From Microthyrium microscopicum (taxonomy: Eukaryota): a DNA stretch of 64,000 bases. Both the position numbers and the translations under genes were made by a program. Each line of letters opens with the position of its first letter. Positions within the stretch are counted from its first letter, which is position 1. Location of the stretch: positions 65,895-129,894 of the forward strand of contig MU004244.1 of NCBI GenBank assembly GCA_010405405.1. Direction: 5' to 3'. This document shows positions 24,472 to 35,931 of this stretch, piece by piece. The notes beneath the pieces were generated by a model, which saw only the letters and a program-made list of their open reading frames with translations, searched no databases and had not been told where the DNA came from.

Positions 24472-25668
24472 ATGAACGTAGACCGTCCAGCTCGTCGATT
24501 CCGCCTGCCCTGGCAAAAGCGCCGCGAAGTCATCCCCTCCGACAAAGACACCCATATTTCCACCCGCGTACCGCTCCTCAACTTCCTCCCTCCGGTAGTT
24601 AAAGGCCATGTCGTCGCATTTTCCGGCGAATTCGTCGGCACGTTTCTCTTCCTCCTCTTCGCCATGGGCGGCACCAACGTCGTCAACGCCGCGCCCGCTG
24701 AAGGCGCAAACGCTCTCGATTTGGCCGCAAATCCCGCAAAGCTCATGTACATCGCGCTATGCTTCGGGATGAGTTTGGCAGTGAATGCCTGGGTGTTTTT
24801 CCGCATTAGCGGTGGATTGTTCAATCCAGCTGTTACGCTGGGTATGATGATGGTCGGCGCGACGGCGTATGTGCGAGGTGCGATTGTTATTGTAGCGCAG
24901 ATCCTGGGCGGGATTGCGGCGGCGGCTTTGGTGAGTGCGATGTTTCCGGGCGACATCAATGTGCGCACGTCGCTGGGTGGTGGAACGAGTGTAGTGCAGG
25001 GACTGTTTATCGAAATGTTCCTCACAGCTCAACTGGTATTCACCATCTTCATGCTGGCAGCTGAGAAGCATGCGGGTACATTCATTGCGCCCATCGGAAT
25101 TGGTCTGAGTCTGTTCATTGCTGAACTCATGGGCGTGTACTATACTGGCGGTTCAGTCAACCCTGCGCGATCTTTTGGCCCTGCTGTCGTCGCGGGCTCA
25201 TTCTACTCATACCATTGGATCTACTGGCTTGGTCCTGTTCTCGGCGCCATCCTCGCCGCAACATTCTACCTCTTCATCAAAGCTTTGGAGTACGAAACCA
25301 TTAATATCGAAGCGGATCCACAGCAATCTGAGGTTGTTGGGCGCAAGTTTGACCCTGTTAGCGGCAAGGAGAAGATTATTACACGTGAAGGAAAGGAGGT
25401 TCCTGTGCCTGGATCTACGAGCACTTACCACAACTCGCCTATTGCACAGACTGGTTCGCCGAATGGCAATACATTTCAACTGGCGTCTGCCAATTCGCCG
25501 ACAGGCAACACATTCCAAGGATCACCGACGCATGATGGCAACGTTTATCATGATGAGACGGCGCAAGGCAGCAACACTTATCACGATGGGACGCCCACCA
25601 ATGCTAGCAATACGTATCACGCCTCGGCAAACATGGAAAACGGAGCTATCATGCCAACGGCCCCGTAA
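24472..25668 (+). CDS. Aquaporin (MIP family) with extended repetitive C-terminal tail
   Basis: Two NPA boxes (SGGLFNPAVT, TGGSVNPARSFGP), GEFVGTFLFL, HWIYWLGP and six hydrophobic helices. Confidence 0.96.
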   Translation: MNVDRPARRFRLPWQKRREVIPSDKDTHISTRVPLLNFLPPVVKGHVVAFSGEFVGTFLFLLFAMGGTNVVNAAPAEGANALDLAANPAKLMYIALCFGMSLAVNAWVFFRISGGLFNPAVTLGMMMVGATAYVRGAIVIVAQILGGIAAAALVSAMFPGDINVRTSLGGGTSVVQGLFIEMFLTAQLVFTIFMLAAEKHAGTFIAPIGIGLSLFIAELMGVYYTGGSVNPARSFGPAVVAGSFYSYHWIYWLGPVLGAILAATFYLFIKALEYETINIEADPQQSEVVGRKFDPVSGKEKIITREGKEVPVPGSTSTYHNSPIAQTGSPNGNTFQLASANSPTGNTFQGSPTHDGNVYHDETAQGSNTYHDGTPTNASNTYHASANMENGAIMPTAP

Positions 25669-26671
25669 AGCACCGGAGGTGCTGATTCGTTTAAGAGATC
25701 TCATCCTCTCTTATCAATTCCTGTAATAATGCGATTTATGTTTTCATTTGGCGTTTCGATACCATCAACGAACGGGGGGTGTAAGGCATCTCAGTGTCTA
25801 GCATTGGCGTTGGGAAATCTGGATGCTTTAGCATTTTGTACTATTAGCAACTCTGGTCAGACACGTATACGTACAACTTATAATGAACAATGTCAACGAT
25901 CCATCATCTTTGCAAGGCTTGTGGTTTGCAGTCTGAGGAAACAGGGTATATGTTGACTAGTTAGTTGAGCAATCGAAAGACCTTATGATTGGCGCTTCAT
26001 GATTCTCGAAAGGACCTTGGGCTTTGTCACCATGGCAATCTTCATTCTCGTTCGGTATGAGGGTAGTGGCTTTACAGTACGATAGTTCAGACATTGTGGG
26101 TACCTCCTTAGAAGGCGTGTAGTTAGAAACCGTTCTTCCGGATACAGGGAGAGCTTGCCGAACCACAACCAGGGTCGGGATTTGGTGTTTACCAGGTTTC
26201 CATAAAGTACATGCATTACATGCAAGGGTGCTGTGAAACATGTGTTGCTGTCAGACTGGAATACTTGTTCGTGACACCATGTCTGAACGGTCATTTCCTT
26301 CGGAAGGAATCTTTTTTTCTTCTCTTGTCGCTATCGTCGCAGCGATCAATACATCGCAGATGAGATGAAAAGTTCATTATTTATAGCAGAATAAAAGTTC
26401 AAAGTTGAACTTGTAGTTACTAAGACCTAATTGGACCGTCTTGCGATTGGATAGCAATATTGGATATGTAACTCTTAATCTATTCGAGGAATTAACTAGA
26501 TAATAAGAGATTTGACATTCACCACTGGTCAGATTGGGCTAATAAGACATATCTAGATATAAAACAATACCAGATCGTAGTGTTTCTAGCTTCAACTTAG
26601 TCTATAAACATCATACCGTTCACCCAGCGGCGACATCTTTAGAATCGTCATTCAATTCTTTGGAACAGGCC

Positions 26672-27631
26672 ATGATGTTTCTCATCACTTTATTTGCCCT
26701 AGCTGGGCTTATTGAAGCACAAGTCCCCGGGCTAGACTTTGGCCCAGTATTCATGATGCAGCGAACAACTTCGTATCTGGTGGAATACTCTGGCGTTCTG
26801 CGAGTGCCAAAGGTACCAGATTCGCCGAAGGGATTGGTGGTGGTCTGGCCAGGAATCAATACTGATGCTAGACCAACTAATCTCGTGCAAACTTGTATTG
26901 GTGCTGGATCAGCTATAAAGTCAGTATTAACCTCTAGTGATCCGGGGGCACGCGGCAGGTCTAAGGCTAACACTTTTTGGCAGGAGTTTTTGTCCTGGAG
27001 GTAAGGTCGCAGCAAATCAATGGGTAAATTTTATATTTCTCTTCCATTAACCGAGGATGATTAGAGCTAATATACTCGCAGTGTGGATTCACGAGTACCA
27101 ATATTGGAATCACTGCCCAAAGATCTGGAAAAGGGGTGCCTATCAATGAAAACACGGATCTTCTTATTGCTTGTTAGTATTTCCCATCCCTCAGATAGGA
27201 AAGAGTGTTGAAGTTGATATCAAATCAGACAAATATGACGAGACGACTAAACAGTTTGCCCAAACTCTCACCATTGATGGCAAAGAAGTTTCGCGTCAAT
27301 CTATAGCGGTCGGGAAAGGAAATCGTTTCAATACCGCCGTCGAGGTCCAATATGGATTCTCTGGAACTGTTCTTCAACATAGTAAGTTCTTACTTTTAAA
27401 TCTGAAAGTCGTCTTTTTCTAACTTCCAAAGCCTACAAAAACAACACTTTCAAATTCGCAGCTGCGGACCCCGGATTTCCAAAGTCTATCATGAAGGCAG
27501 GTGGAACGACATATTCACCGCCAGCTTCTGCTGATGGGGGGAAAACGTGGACGGTTGATTTGATTACGATTCCTGACTCTTCTTATGGTGGTGCTAGATC
27601 AGCGAAAGGCAAAGCCGGGAGAGGGAGCTGA
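26672..27631 (+). CDS. Small secreted beta-rich protein, 5 exons (possibly G1-peptidase/concanavalin-like fold)
   Basis: Signal peptide MMFLITLFALAGLIEA; spliced product VWPGINT..NLVQTC..KSFCPGGKVAANQW|CGFTS..YKYDE..TAVEVQ..TYKNNTFKFAAADP..SADGGKTWTVDLITIP, stop at 27629-27631. Confidence 0.75.
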
Positions 27632-28657
27632 GCGGTGCTGGTATGTACTTGCCCAACGTTAGAGAAGAGTTTGAATCGATCGATACAAATTTATTCTAAT
27701 TGTCGAGTCGTTGATTTGTGATGTATATACCCAGGTCTGTAACAACGCAAGAGTGTGAACATAATAGTTTGCCAACATAACATGTTAACAGTAGTCTTAC
27801 TTCATATTGAAGAGCAAAATTGAATGGCATTAACCGCTTCCGTAGTATCCGCATTGGTCAAATTTGACGAACCTTTTTCATGTCCTGGGGATTCGGCGAA
27901 TGACCTCTTATAACCAATTCATTTTCGTTCTATTTCGGGAAGAAAAGATGCCTGGTGTCAAAGAAATACCAGGATGTCCATGTGGCTTTGCTTACATTTT
28001 ACACTCATAGCAAGGATAAAATGTTTTATGACCTGGAGTGGGCGTTTTGAAGCTGTATCCTCGTCCTGGTTGACCATTCTGGCCAGGATGTTATGAGGCT
28101 GAGCAGCAACCAAACAGGTCGAATAGTCGAACGAACCAATCAAAACTACCACCAATTAGTCGTCAAGCTCGTCTAAAACACCCCTTCTGATTCGAATTTT
28201 GAGCCTCTGCACTGGCTGACTTGGGACGCCTCGAAAAAGCCAGGTTGTTGCGTCTCCCTCTAGGCTCCCACAAACCTCTCCTTCTGGTTCGTCACCATTG
28301 AATGCTTTCAATGGCTTTCTGCAGCTTGAGCCATTGAAGATAAGGAAATGATTCCTAGATTGGGCATTTTGGGCAGTTTGGTGACGTGGAATCAACTGCG
28401 CCCTTCTGTGAGACATTTCGATCTGTTGATGGCTGGAAGTTGAGACTCGGATGTTATGATACAAAATAAGCCATTCGTATTCGCATTCTGTCGAAGATAC
28501 TGTAGTATAAAGAGACTCGCCTCCACCATGGGAAAATGTCAGATCAGAAATTCAAGCCCCTATATCTTTCCTTAATCCTCTCACTCTACTTACACGGCCA
28601 AGACGGCTCCCTCAAATCATTCGAACCTATAGTTATCTCTCGCAACGACTATACAAG

Positions 28658-29797
28658 ATGAAAAACGCTACTTGTCCGGCCATGGCCGTCCAGGACGGTG
28701 GATGGAGTTTTTGTCCTAACGTTGGAGTCGCCTACTTCTTCGCAGTCATATTTGCACTTCTCACCATTGCACATTTCTCCCAAATGATAATACATCGCAA
28801 AGTCTACTCTTTGGTTATAGTTATCAGTGCCATCTTGCAGACTCTAGTTTTCATCTTCCGTATTATATCAATCAACAACCCGAGCTCCTCATTATGGTAT
28901 ACCCTGTGGTTCGTTATTATTCTAATAGCTCCACTGTGGACGAACGCATATGTCTACATGATCATGGGTCGAATGGTACACAATTTCCTTCCTCAAAAGA
29001 AGCTTTTTGGAATCAAAGCTAGAAGATTCGGTCTTTATTTTGTTCTTTTGGATGTTATGTAAGTCCAGCCTTTATCACATCTGACTGATAACAGCTAACG
29101 GTGAGTAGTGCCTTTCTAGTCCAAGTATCCGGAGCTGGCATGGCATCAGGAGACAATGTCAGCGCATCCCAACTCCTTCTCGGTATTCATGTTTACATGG
29201 CCGGAGTATGTCCCATTCTTCCCTGTTCGGTCATCACTCACTAAACAGTCTTAGATTGGATTCCAACAGTTCTTCATCTTCGTCTTCCTCGCTCTCGCAG
29301 TCAAATTTCAACAAACCCTCAACCGAGACGGCGCCACGCACCACCGCATCGGTGCCCTTCGGCTTCTCTACGTTCTATACGCAGTGCTCTTCCTAATTAC
29401 CGTCCGCATCATCTTCCGCCTCATCGAATACTCGCATGGCATCAACAGTACTATCCCTAACCACGAAGTCTACATGTACATCTTCGACACTACGCCCATG
29501 TGGATTGCTATCTTGCTCTTCAACATTGTGCATCCCGGACGCATCATGCCTGGCAAGGAGAGCGATTTGCCAAGTCGCAAGGAGTATAAGCGGGAGAAGA
29601 AGGAAATAAAGGAGGCAAAGAATGCGGCAAAGAAGGACGGGCAGGAGGGAAGTGCGTTTGAGACTTCGGGTGATTTGGAGAGCGGACAGTTACCGGGGGC
29701 CCATGAGTATTCGCAGTATTCGACGCCGCAGCAGTATGCCGGTGGACAGGAGTATACTGGAAGCCAACAGCGTCCTGTGTCACCTGCCAGATACTGA
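28658..29797 (+). CDS. RTA1-like (lipid-translocating exporter family) membrane protein, 3 exons
   Basis: LIAPLWTNAYVYMIMGRMV, FVLLD, LITVRIIFRLIEY, HEVYMYIFD, HPGR; multiple TM segments; introns near 29059-29108 and 29206-29253. Confidence 0.92.
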
Positions 29798-30376
29798 TAG
29801 AGGAGAATTTGTCAGGCGGACGCACATTAGTAAGGCCCATTTCGGTGACTGGTACATTTGACAATTCTGCATAGCAAGGACGGCGTTTTGGGTATCGACT
29901 TCTCATAATAATAATTAGACTTTAAGCCATATTTACCTCATTGTCAGGTGCAGCATTTCAATTGATCTATATTTCCAGAGAAATAGTTGCAGTTCTCTGT
30001 TTTTAAAATATTCCGCTTGTTATGAACATTCGGATTTTGGTTGATCTCATGAAGAAGATGTGGTTCAGCGGTTATGCTTCTATAAGGCTGGCTCAGCCTT
30101 GTTGACCCGTCTGAATGTCTCGCAAAAATTTACCACCCACAAGAAACTTCGAGTTCGGCTGTCAAAGGACCTTGAGAATAACACAAGCCGTACGCGCACT
30201 ATTGCTCTCTCCAAAATACATCAGTGGTGTGAGAATGCTCCTTTTTCACGACGAGTTGGGGCCACAACCAATTGTTGGGGGCTGCACTCAATCCCAGCTC
30301 CAACCACCCAAGAAACTCCCATCAGACTTCTCGATCTTTTTCGCATACAGCGAACCGTAATTTCGCACCACCCACA

Positions 30377-31846
30377 ATGCCAACATCCTCTCCATTTCTC
30401 ACGCCCTGCGCCACGACAACATCCAATACACTCGCCCTCATCTCTCTCAAACGCGACGAAACCATACCAGCCCTGCTCCACGCGCCTACCCCCACCGACC
30501 CATCTGACCCCATTGCCAACACCCGCTTCGGCTCATATCCACATTCTACTCTCCTCCATTTGCCATGGGGCACACAGGTCGCTGCTTCGAATGTTGGTGC
30601 GCGCGAGCGAAAGCGCGGCAAGAAGCGCAAATTAGCTGAAGTTAACAACAATCCCGCGAACGCTTCCACTACCACAGCACAAGAGGACGAAACACCGGCG
30701 CAAGAAGAGCCAGCGTTCGAGGCAGCTGCAAGCGGCTTCGCACACATCGTTCCACCAACCCCAGAAACCTGGACAGCTTCACTACCCCATCGCACACAAG
30801 TTGTGTATACGCCTGATGCGAGCTATATTCTGCAACGTATAAGGGCGCGCCCAGGCGATAAAGTTATCGAGGCAGGGGCAGGCAGTGGGAGCTTCACACA
30901 TGCGGCTGTACGGTGCGTGTTCAATGGCTACCCAAATTCAGGCGATGACGAGAAAGTCATAAGGGGTCGCGTGTACAGCTTTGAATACCACGAACCACGC
31001 TTCCAAGCTTTGCAAAACGAGATTAAAGAACATGGCCTCGACGGCGTAGTTACTGTCCAGCATGCAGATGTGTATGCGCAGGGCTTCTCGGGTGCGCAAG
31101 ATGTCACGGCTATATTTTTGGATTTACCAGCACCGTGGATGGCTATGTCGCATCTTACACGAGGAGGACCGACACAAGGAGGACCACTGCATAGCGACCG
31201 ACCAGTGTGCATTTGCTCATTCTCGCCGTGCATAGAGCAGGCTCAGCGCGCTGCTGCTAAGCTTCGCGAGCTTGGTTGGGTAGATGTGGGTATGGCAGCG
31301 GTGCAACAGCGGCGCATAGAAGTGCGGCGCGAGCGTATTGGGCTCATGGAGGAAGGACTGAGGGGAGTTACAGCTGTGCCGGCGACTGTCGGCGAAGCAT
31401 TGGGTCGGTTGAGGGAACTAGAGGGAAAAACAGCGGTTTTCAACGCGAAGCGGAAGAAGAATGATAAGCGCGATAAAGGTGCAATCAACGGGCATACTAC
31501 TGAGATGGATGTGGATGCTCGTAGCGGTACAGTGGGTGATGGGGCTGTCAATGGGCACCATGAAAATGGAGAGGATATGATGTCAAAGAAAGGCCTCCCA
31601 TCTGGATCGAAACAGCAGCGGCTGAAGAATAATCTGGAGGCTGCGAAGGCCCGGAAGCTATACAAAGAGGGAAGATTGACGCATCGGACGGAGCCTGAGT
31701 TGAAGACGCATACTAGCTATCTAGTCTTTGGCATGCTACCGCCAGAGTGGACTGAAGAAGATGAAACCAAAGCTGTGGCAGAAAGTTTAGCTTTCGAAAA
31801 GCAGGAAGTCCAGAAGAGAGACAAAGTTGAGGAAGTAGAGTCTTGA
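30377..31846 (+). CDS. TRM61: tRNA (adenine-58-N1)-methyltransferase catalytic subunit
   Basis: LPHRTQVVYTPD, VIEAGAGSGSFTHA, FLDLPAPW, SFSPCIEQ, HTSYLVF; first ATG at 30377. Confidence 0.95.
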   Translation: MPTSSPFLTPCATTTSNTLALISLKRDETIPALLHAPTPTDPSDPIANTRFGSYPHSTLLHLPWGTQVAASNVGARERKRGKKRKLAEVNNNPANASTTTAQEDETPAQEEPAFEAAASGFAHIVPPTPETWTASLPHRTQVVYTPDASYILQRIRARPGDKVIEAGAGSGSFTHAAVRCVFNGYPNSGDDEKVIRGRVYSFEYHEPRFQALQNEIKEHGLDGVVTVQHADVYAQGFSGAQDVTAIFLDLPAPWMAMSHLTRGGPTQGGPLHSDRPVCICSFSPCIEQAQRAAAKLRELGWVDVGMAAVQQRRIEVRRERIGLMEEGLRGVTAVPATVGEALGRLRELEGKTAVFNAKRKKNDKRDKGAINGHTTEMDVDARSGTVGDGAVNGHHENGEDMMSKKGLPSGSKQQRLKNNLEAAKARKLYKEGRLTHRTEPELKTHTSYLVFGMLPPEWTEEDETKAVAESLAFEKQEVQKRDKVEEVES

Positions 31847-32603
31847 AAAGTGAATAGGCAATGTATTACTACACTGTTGACATCACATATTGCTGTCCAG
31901 TCATTGATGATCACTACTCAAAGTCCTGGTCACAACTCATGCTAGCAACTACACATTGCGTGACAATATCAACATGTCCGATGTAGAGCCTTACTACTTG
32001 CAAGAAACGACTATATCGGACTAATATAACCAGGTTGCATAAACTGATTTCCAGGGAAGTAAACAAATGAAGTTGGGTTAAGATCTGTGGGGAGAATCTT
32101 CCCTTCCTCATTCGAAAAGCCCGCGAAAAGCTCCTTCCTCGATCTGAGTACCCGTAACGTGGCACACTAATCAAGATAAAGACACGAGAACCTTAATTCA
32201 ACTTCTAGTCAAGTTTATGTTTACTAGCAAGTTCATTGAATACATACATGGTTGGGTTAGCCGGAGCCTTGTACGTTACGTACATGTTATAGAGATATCT
32301 TCATGTCCCCAGAATTACATGAGACCCGATCCTCGTCAAAAGGTCCTTTCGCAATGCAAGTTGGGCCTCGAGAGGCTTCCAGGGTTCCTGAGAGACACGA
32401 ATGTTACCACGAGAGACTTCCAAGGTTACTTCCAAACACCATCATTCATAATATCAAATTTAAAGAATTAACGACCTATTCTAGTCATTACGGAGTGAAG
32501 ACTTTATCCTCTAGACCTCTGGGTGTCTCTATCCTCACGCCTACTGAGCGGAAATGGTATAACGCAAGATAAACGCCAGCAAAATGCAATGCGAACTCAG
32601 CTT

Positions 32604-34663
32604 TCAGACAGTCGTCTCCTTGTTCGCTGGTGTTGATGGCACACTTGTATCCGCCGCCATCTCCTTCTCTGCATCATGCGGCCCACTGCCAACATCACTC
32701 TCTGCATCACGCTCCACATCCGCGACCTTGTTCGAAGTACCCATCTCCGCCGGCGCACCAGATGCAGCACCCATTTCCGCATTCTTCTTCTCCTTAACAC
32801 TGCGCCATTCCATCCCCATAGCACCAAAGATTGAAAGACAAGCAACAATCGTGCTCACCAAGAACGGCCCGTGTGTCAGCGAGTAGTTATACGCCACTAG
32901 CACTTTTGGCAAAAGCGCAGCTGGTACGTGGTCTCGTAGGGCCGTCGCGCCTGTATTGACAACAGCCATGCCGTTGATTCCTGGCAGTACCGCAAGCTGT
33001 TTGAGGAACTTGTCGATGAAAGTGTTTTGGCCGACGGCGGTGAATACTGCGCCACCAAGCGTTTGGAAGAAGAAAATGATGGAGATTCCTGTTGGGACAT
33101 CTTTGTTGTCGAGACATGTCTGGACTGCGAGATTGGACTGTTGCATAGACATGCCGATTCCCATGCCCATGATTACTTGGTAGCCTATCCACATGCTATG
33201 GCCAGAATCGACTTTGAGGGTGGTCAAGAGACCGGAACCGATGGCCATGAAGACGGAGCCGAGGTAGAGGAATTGGGTATAGTACCCGACACGGTGGACG
33301 ATGGCGCCGGATCCAATGGAGGCGACAACGAGGGAGAGAATCATGGGAATTGTGTCGATGCCGGATTTGACAGGGGAGGTTCCTTTGATGGCTTGAAACC
33401 AGATTGGGATGTAGAGAACAGTGGTAAGGAAGCAGGATCCGACCATGAATTGGAAAATACCGCCAAAGGAGACACTGCGCTGGAACAGGATGCGGCCGGG
33501 CACGGTGGCGTTGGTGTTGCGGAGGAAGTATTCAACTGTGACCCATGCGATGAAAAGGATACCAAAGACGACGAAGAGGGCAATGACACGAGCATCGCCC
33601 CAAGGATACTTGGTGCCGCCCCACTGTAGGGCGAGGATGAGGCAGATTATGCTGGGCAGGAAGAATAGGTTGCCGAGTGGATCAAGACGGAAGAACATTT
33701 GGCGCAGTGTTTGTGGTTCTTTCTTCTCCGGCAAATGCAAGAACAAGACGAGGGCGAGGATGGTAAATGCTCCCAATGGCAGATTAATGTAAAAACACCA
33801 GCGCCATCCGGCCTTTCCTTGAGTGAATGCACCTCCAATCAATGGACCGGCGACGGAAGCGACTCCAAAGCAGGCGCCGAATAGTCCTTGAAGAAGCGGA
33901 CGTCTATGGAGTGGTACGGATTGCAGCATGATGGTGATGGCGCCGGTGAAAATACCTGCTGAGCCAAATCCGGCGATGGCGCGCCCGATGATGAACGAGG
34001 TCGAGTTTGGTGCTGCACCGCAGAGAGCGGAGCCAACTTCGAAGAGGAAGATGCCTGACAGGAATACCCATTTTGTTTGAAAATAGGTGTATACCCTTCC
34101 ATAGAGGAGAATGAAGGCGGATGCAGTAAGCATATAAGCAGAGCCATACCTAGTGACAATTAGACTTGTGTTCATGTGAAAATAAAGGATATAAAAAGGG
34201 ATCACCATACCAACCAATGTCATCTGTGGAATGGAACTCATCGGTAATTTTTGGAACCGCAACACCAATACTAAATTCTGGGTTAGAAAAATTCCACATC
34301 AAATCAAATGGTTCAACTTACATTGTACGATCAAGCGCTATTAAGAATATACTGATATAAAGTGAAGCCAAGATGACTGCGAGTTTACCCTGTGAGGAAT
34401 ACATGGTTAGCGTTCTGTAAACCGTAGCCGACGCATGTTGTGCATGAACTGGGGCGTAAATCGAACGACGGCTGCTGGCCTAATCTCGATCGTGGAACTT
34501 AAACACTTACGCCTGTAGGATACTGATGGGTCTCTTGTCTAGCAAATGCGCGCTTACTGAGAGATGCCGCAACACTGGTAACTTTGGAAAGCTTCGAGCC
34601 TTGAGCCTCGTTGGAAGTGGTTTTGAGATCCGTGTGGTCGGCCATACTCTGTTTGTTTTCCAT
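32604..34663 (-). CDS. MFS drug:H+ antiporter (DHA2, 14-TM) efflux pump, multi-exon
   Basis: [61 protein letters not shown]; short 5' exons with GTAAGT donors, start [10 protein letters not shown]. Confidence 0.93.
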
Positions 34664-35931
34664 GACAGGGGGGCTTGATGGGTAGGGCCAGTGTAAACAA
34701 ACTTTATACAAGAGCAATGAGAGTTGTTTATGATTTTGTTTCAACCTTAGGGATGGGTAAAAGTGCGGATGAAGTATGTTAAATAATTGAAATCGAATGC
34801 AGCCAGTTTCCAATCGAACGTGGAGAGTTGCTCGCTTCTTTAAATCTGTCGGCGCCGAAGCTGTAGATCTTTACACTGCATTAGGACTTCCAGCATTTTT
34901 TGTGCATCTAGGCCTCTTCTAATCCAACTCGCTGTCGGGGTTATCGGACTCTTTTTTATCACCCGTTCCCGGACTTCACTGACTTGCGCAGCCATGGACT
35001 ATCGTGTCGTATTGGTTCTTATTCCATTTTCGGACATGAATTCCTGTGGTTGCAAATCGTGAAACGATTGAGAGCCACTAGATCGTATTCCCAGCTTGTA
35101 TCGCGAGTTTTGCGACATATTTGTCTCAATGAATCAGTGCCAGCCGAAACTGGCATGTACAACAGTACATACGGACAGTTTATTCCTCCGTATGCAGTCG
35201 TTCGTATCTTGGTGTGTAGGCAGCCATCTTAACAATTCTCTGCATCACTTATCCATCACCTTGCTTCGGCCACTTGTATTTTGTGATTCTGAGCGTCGGG
35301 CTTCTCTAACTCCCGAATTCATTCTCAACCTACAAACAAAATACGTGATACACCATCAGTCTACCATAAACTGATGCGCATCATAGCCTCTGCTGTGATG
35401 AGATAAACACCTATACCCTAGCACAATGCGCGATGGTCTGTCTGACTATTCTGATAGAGTAAAATTGTTGATAACAACTTGAAGCTGTGATGGCCGGCAT
35501 TTGCCATTTATGGTTCTTCAAATGTTGGAGGGAATACACGTGCACAACAGGACAGCAAGGATTAAATGCGCTTCGGCCTTCCGGGATCAAGCTAGCGGGT
35601 ACCTGCAAGTACCACTTGGTGTTCTTGCCGTTTTCGCGGGCCGTGATTCATTCAAGCCCCCAACCAGCTACATCCAGTCAATGATGCTGCAGCCTGCACA
35701 TCAACAACTTGATCCCCAATTTCAACCTCCTGAATCTGATTGAAGAGACAAAGCGTTAGGCAGACGTTATCTGATCACTCCCATTTCCACACTCTGTGCA
35801 ATCTCAAGCCTTAATAAGCCACCTAGGCATCATCGATAATTTGACAGGTCACTGCGGCGCCGAGCCTTAATGTCTGTTGTTTTCTCCTTGATTCCAGTCA
35901 ACCCCTTGAACTCGCCTTCCAACTCCCCTCT

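Noticed and set aside
26984..27000. Apparent 17-nt micro-exon ending at GTAAGG
   Set aside because: That donor leads to a premature stop; the donor at 27024 gives the coherent QW|CGFTS frame.
30272..30376. Extra 35 aa at the start of the TRM61 ORF
   Set aside because: Track start is TTG; the first ATG is at 30377.
33027..33629. 200-aa acidic plus-strand ORF
   Set aside because: Antisense to the MFS gene; a by-product of codon bias.
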